DNA of 62,950 bases, filler included. It is 4 parts of 4 records of this genome, joined end to end, with 100 filler letters (N's around TTAATTAATTAA, not from the genome) between each part and the next. Parts side by side here need not be neighbours in the genome. Positions count along the whole stretch, not along the records: positions 49,703 to 62,950 come from SRR22947727_2332; 3 more parts are not named here. One strand, given 5' to 3'. Below are positions 60,883-62,950 of this stretch, piece by piece (positions within the stretch are counted from its first letter, which is position 1; the number at the start of each line of letters is the position of its first letter). Below the pieces are notes generated by a model. It had not been told where the DNA came from. It was given only the letters and a program-made list of their open reading frames with translations, and made no database searches. The position numbers and the translations under genes were made by a program.

Positions 60883-62873
60883 TTTATATTCATTGGATCT
60901 ATATCAAAAGACCATTTTATTTTTTTTGTTTCTGGCCATTTTTGAAATTCATTTGTTAAGTACTTCAATACTTTATTTAAATAAGGTTTAGAAGAAGTCT
61001 GAATGAATAGATGATGTCTATAGCTTCCCTTGGACTTAGAAATTAAAGAAGGTAATGGTCCAATAACATTAATTTCTTTCCTATTTGATAAAATAGAGAG
61101 TGCTCTTTCAAGAAAGATATTGTTGCTGATCTGTGTTGGCGAAGAGCATCTTAAAAGACAAATAGTTGAGAATGGGGGAAGGTTCAATTTGGCATTGGTT
61201 GTAAGGCACTGGTTTGCGAAATTCATATAATCACCAGTCTTAATTTTATTCAGATTAATATCCTCAGGGTATCTGGTTTGTATGATAACTTTAGCGAGAT
61301 TATTATTTCTTCCGGCTCTTCCTGAAACCTGAATTAATAACTGAGAGAGCTTTTCCAAGGCATTTATTTCTGGGCTAACAAGACCATTGTCTGCATTTAA
61401 TATTACACTTAGTGTTACTTTTGGAAAATCATGACCTTTGGCTAACATTTGAGTGCCAACAAGTATTGCTGAATCTGAAGAATGAATTTTTTCAATTATG
61501 GCTTGTATCGACCCAACTTTTTTAGTTGTGTCATGATCAACTCTTATTATTGGCGTCTTTGAAAAGCTGCTTTGTAATACCTCTTCAACCCTTTCCGTGC
61601 CAGACCCATGAAGATAAAAATCTTCGGATTCACATACAGGACATGATTTATTGACTGCATAAGCGGATTCACATCTGTGGCATATCAGTCTCTGTCTAGA
61701 ATGATGGTATACAAGATTAGAGTCGCAAGAGTTACAAGCGGCTACCCATCCACATGATCCACATTGATACAGGGGAGCAAAACCCCTTCTGTTTATAAAA
61801 ATAAGTACTTGCTCCCCTTTTTTAATAACTGACTCAATCGCACTTAATGTTTCAATTGCAACTCCTCCAATTAGAGGAGTATTGTTTATATCCATAACAA
61901 TAAGCTTGGGAGGCTTTCTTCCATCCACTCTACTTAAAATATCTACTTGATTAAATTTATTTTCTTTCACCAACCTTAGAGTTTGAAGAGATGGGGTGGC
62001 TGAACCAAGAATAATTGGTATTTTTTCTTCTTGAGCTCTTTTAATAGCAACATCTCTAGCTGAAAACTTAAAGCCCTCTGACTGTCTAAATGATTGATCA
62101 TGTTCTTCATCAATAATAATAAGACCTATATTTTTTACAGGCATTAAGACTGATGATCTGGTACCAATGACTATTCTTATGTCTCCAAACTTGGCTTTAA
62201 GCCAAATCTTAAGTCTTTTTAATGGAGTTTGTTTTGAATGATATAAACCTATTTCACCTTTAAATCTTGATTCAAACCTAAATAATAATTGAGGCGTTAG
62301 ATTAATTTCTGGGACAAGAATAAGAACTGATTTACCCTCCTTAATAAACTTTTCTGTGAGTTGTAAGTAAACCTCTGTTTTCCCAGACCCTGTTACACCA
62401 TAAAGCAACGATGGATTAAATCCAGTTGCATTTGATAGCTTCTTAACCGCCTTGTCTTGGTCTTTAGTTAGGTTAAATCTTTTATCATCTTCGTTTACTA
62501 AAATGTCTGGATTGGTATTTAATTCCAAAGGAGCTATACATTTATCATTAATTTTTCTTAGCTCAGTTGGAATAAAGGAGTGAAATACTTCTCCTATAGG
62601 ATGATGGTAATAGTCTGAGGCCCATAAAATGGTATTAAATATTGGGCTATCAAAAATAGAATGTTCATCCAACACAGAAATAATACTTTTTATAACACCG
62701 TTTTTATTTAATATTTCAGGATTGTTAATTTTTTTTATAACCACCCCAATAACTTTTCTTTTGCCAAAAGGTACTGATACTCGCAACCCTTTTTTGATTT
62801 TTATTACTGATTTATACGTAAAACATTGCCTTAAAGGCAATGAGACTGCTATTTCATAGTAAAAAATATTCAT
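60879..62873 (-). CDS. priA: Primosomal protein N' (copy D)
   Basis: GVTGSGKTEVY, DEEH and Zn fingers. Start moved to MNIFY. Confidence 0.96.
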   Translation of the reverse strand: MNIFYYEIAVSLPLRQCFTYKSVIKIKKGLRVSVPFGKRKVIGVVIKKINNPEILNKNGVIKSIISVLDEHSIFDSPIFNTILWASDYYHHPIGEVFHSFIPTELRKINDKCIAPLELNTNPDILVNEDDKRFNLTKDQDKAVKKLSNATGFNPSLLYGVTGSGKTEVYLQLTEKFIKEGKSVLILVPEINLTPQLLFRFESRFKGEIGLYHSKQTPLKRLKIWLKAKFGDIRIVIGTRSSVLMPVKNIGLIIIDEEHDQSFRQSEGFKFSARDVAIKRAQEEKIPIILGSATPSLQTLRLVKENKFNQVDILSRVDGRKPPKLIVMDINNTPLIGGVAIETLSAIESVIKKGEQVLIFINRRGFAPLYQCGSCGWVAACNSCDSNLVYHHSRQRLICHRCESAYAVNKSCPVCESEDFYLHGSGTERVEEVLQSSFSKTPIIRVDHDTTKKVGSIQAIIEKIHSSDSAILVGTQMLAKGHDFPKVTLSVILNADNGLVSPEINALEKLSQLLIQVSGRAGRNNNLAKVIIQTRYPEDINLNKIKTGDYMNFANQCLTTNAKLNLPPFSTICLLRCSSPTQISNNIFLERALSILSNRKEINVIGPLPSLISKSKGSYRHHLFIQTSSKPYLNKVLKYLTNEFQKWPETKKIKWSFDIDPMNIN

Positions 62874-62880
62874 TTTTTGT

Positions 62881-62908
62881 TTGTAAAGAAGTTGTTTTTT
62901 GTTATAGT
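62881..62908 (+). promoter_or_regulatory. sigma70 promoter of rpmE (copy D)
   Basis: TTGTAA-N16-TATAGT with TGn; conserved with copy C. Confidence 0.6.
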
Positions 62909-62932
62909 TCTCATCCAAAATTTGATTTTATT

Positions 62933-62950
62933 ATGAAAAAAGATATACAT
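62933..62950 (+). CDS. rpmE: 50S ribosomal protein L31, first 6 codons
   Basis: Reads MKKDIH at the window end. Confidence 0.8.

Noticed and set aside
2454..62859. Numerous 60-98 aa ORFs antisense or out of frame within long genes (e.g. 4157-4420, 5935-6219, 29186-29467, 52587-52847)
   Set aside because: Shadow ORFs of well-supported genes; none shows a recognisable motif, and I saw no matching pairs between the C and D copies.
30550..62950. Giant inverted duplication or terminal inverted repeats of a mobile element
   Set aside because: The copies are on separate contigs, are heavily diverged and contain only housekeeping-type genes with no transposase or integrase. Relative orientation is arbitrary.

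Overview
This window is not one chromosome segment. It is four contigs joined by three artificial 100-bp spacers (44 N + TTAATTAATTAA + 44 N), and they come from at least three AT-rich, streamlined bacteria. Contig A (1-9194) is gammaproteobacterial, probably SAR86-like: 5' end of tmRNA, smpB, DUF3429, NSS transporter, ratAB, bamE, fur, grpE-dnaK-dnaJ-dapB, rpsB leader and rpsB. Contig B (9295-30449) is alphaproteobacterial: an unannotated Lys/Ala-rich histone-like ORF with a structured leader, acnA, a SUV3/MgpS-like helicase, TerB-like, fdxA, carD, a catalytically dead metallophosphoesterase, rpoH2-type sigma, PagL-like, dusA, beta-carbonic anhydrase, panB, SDR, MFS, gcrA, pgk, ispZ-ftsY-mtaB-dapF, ffh leader, ffh and rpsP. 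Contigs C (30550-49602) and D (49703-62950) carry the same priA-to-dksA gene block from two diverged gammaproteobacterial relatives. Both end at the identical base inside rpmE, with exactly 30 nt of identity, which points to a co-assembly branch point. Contig C also has a frameshifted anmK and a probable chimeric join between an M23 peptidase and a putA fragment. I found no CRISPR array, prophage, IS element, rRNA or tRNA. The best candidates for new biology are (i) a four-hydrolase cassette (NUDT19-like Nudix, LACTB2-like MBL, alpha/beta hydrolase, membrane-fused paraoxonase-like propeller) driven from a 32-bp bidirectional leaderless promoter conserved in both relatives, (ii) a pseudo-phosphatase between carD and rpoH2, and (iii) the histone-like ORF with a three-hairpin leader. 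All family and taxonomic calls come from motif recognition; no database searches were run.
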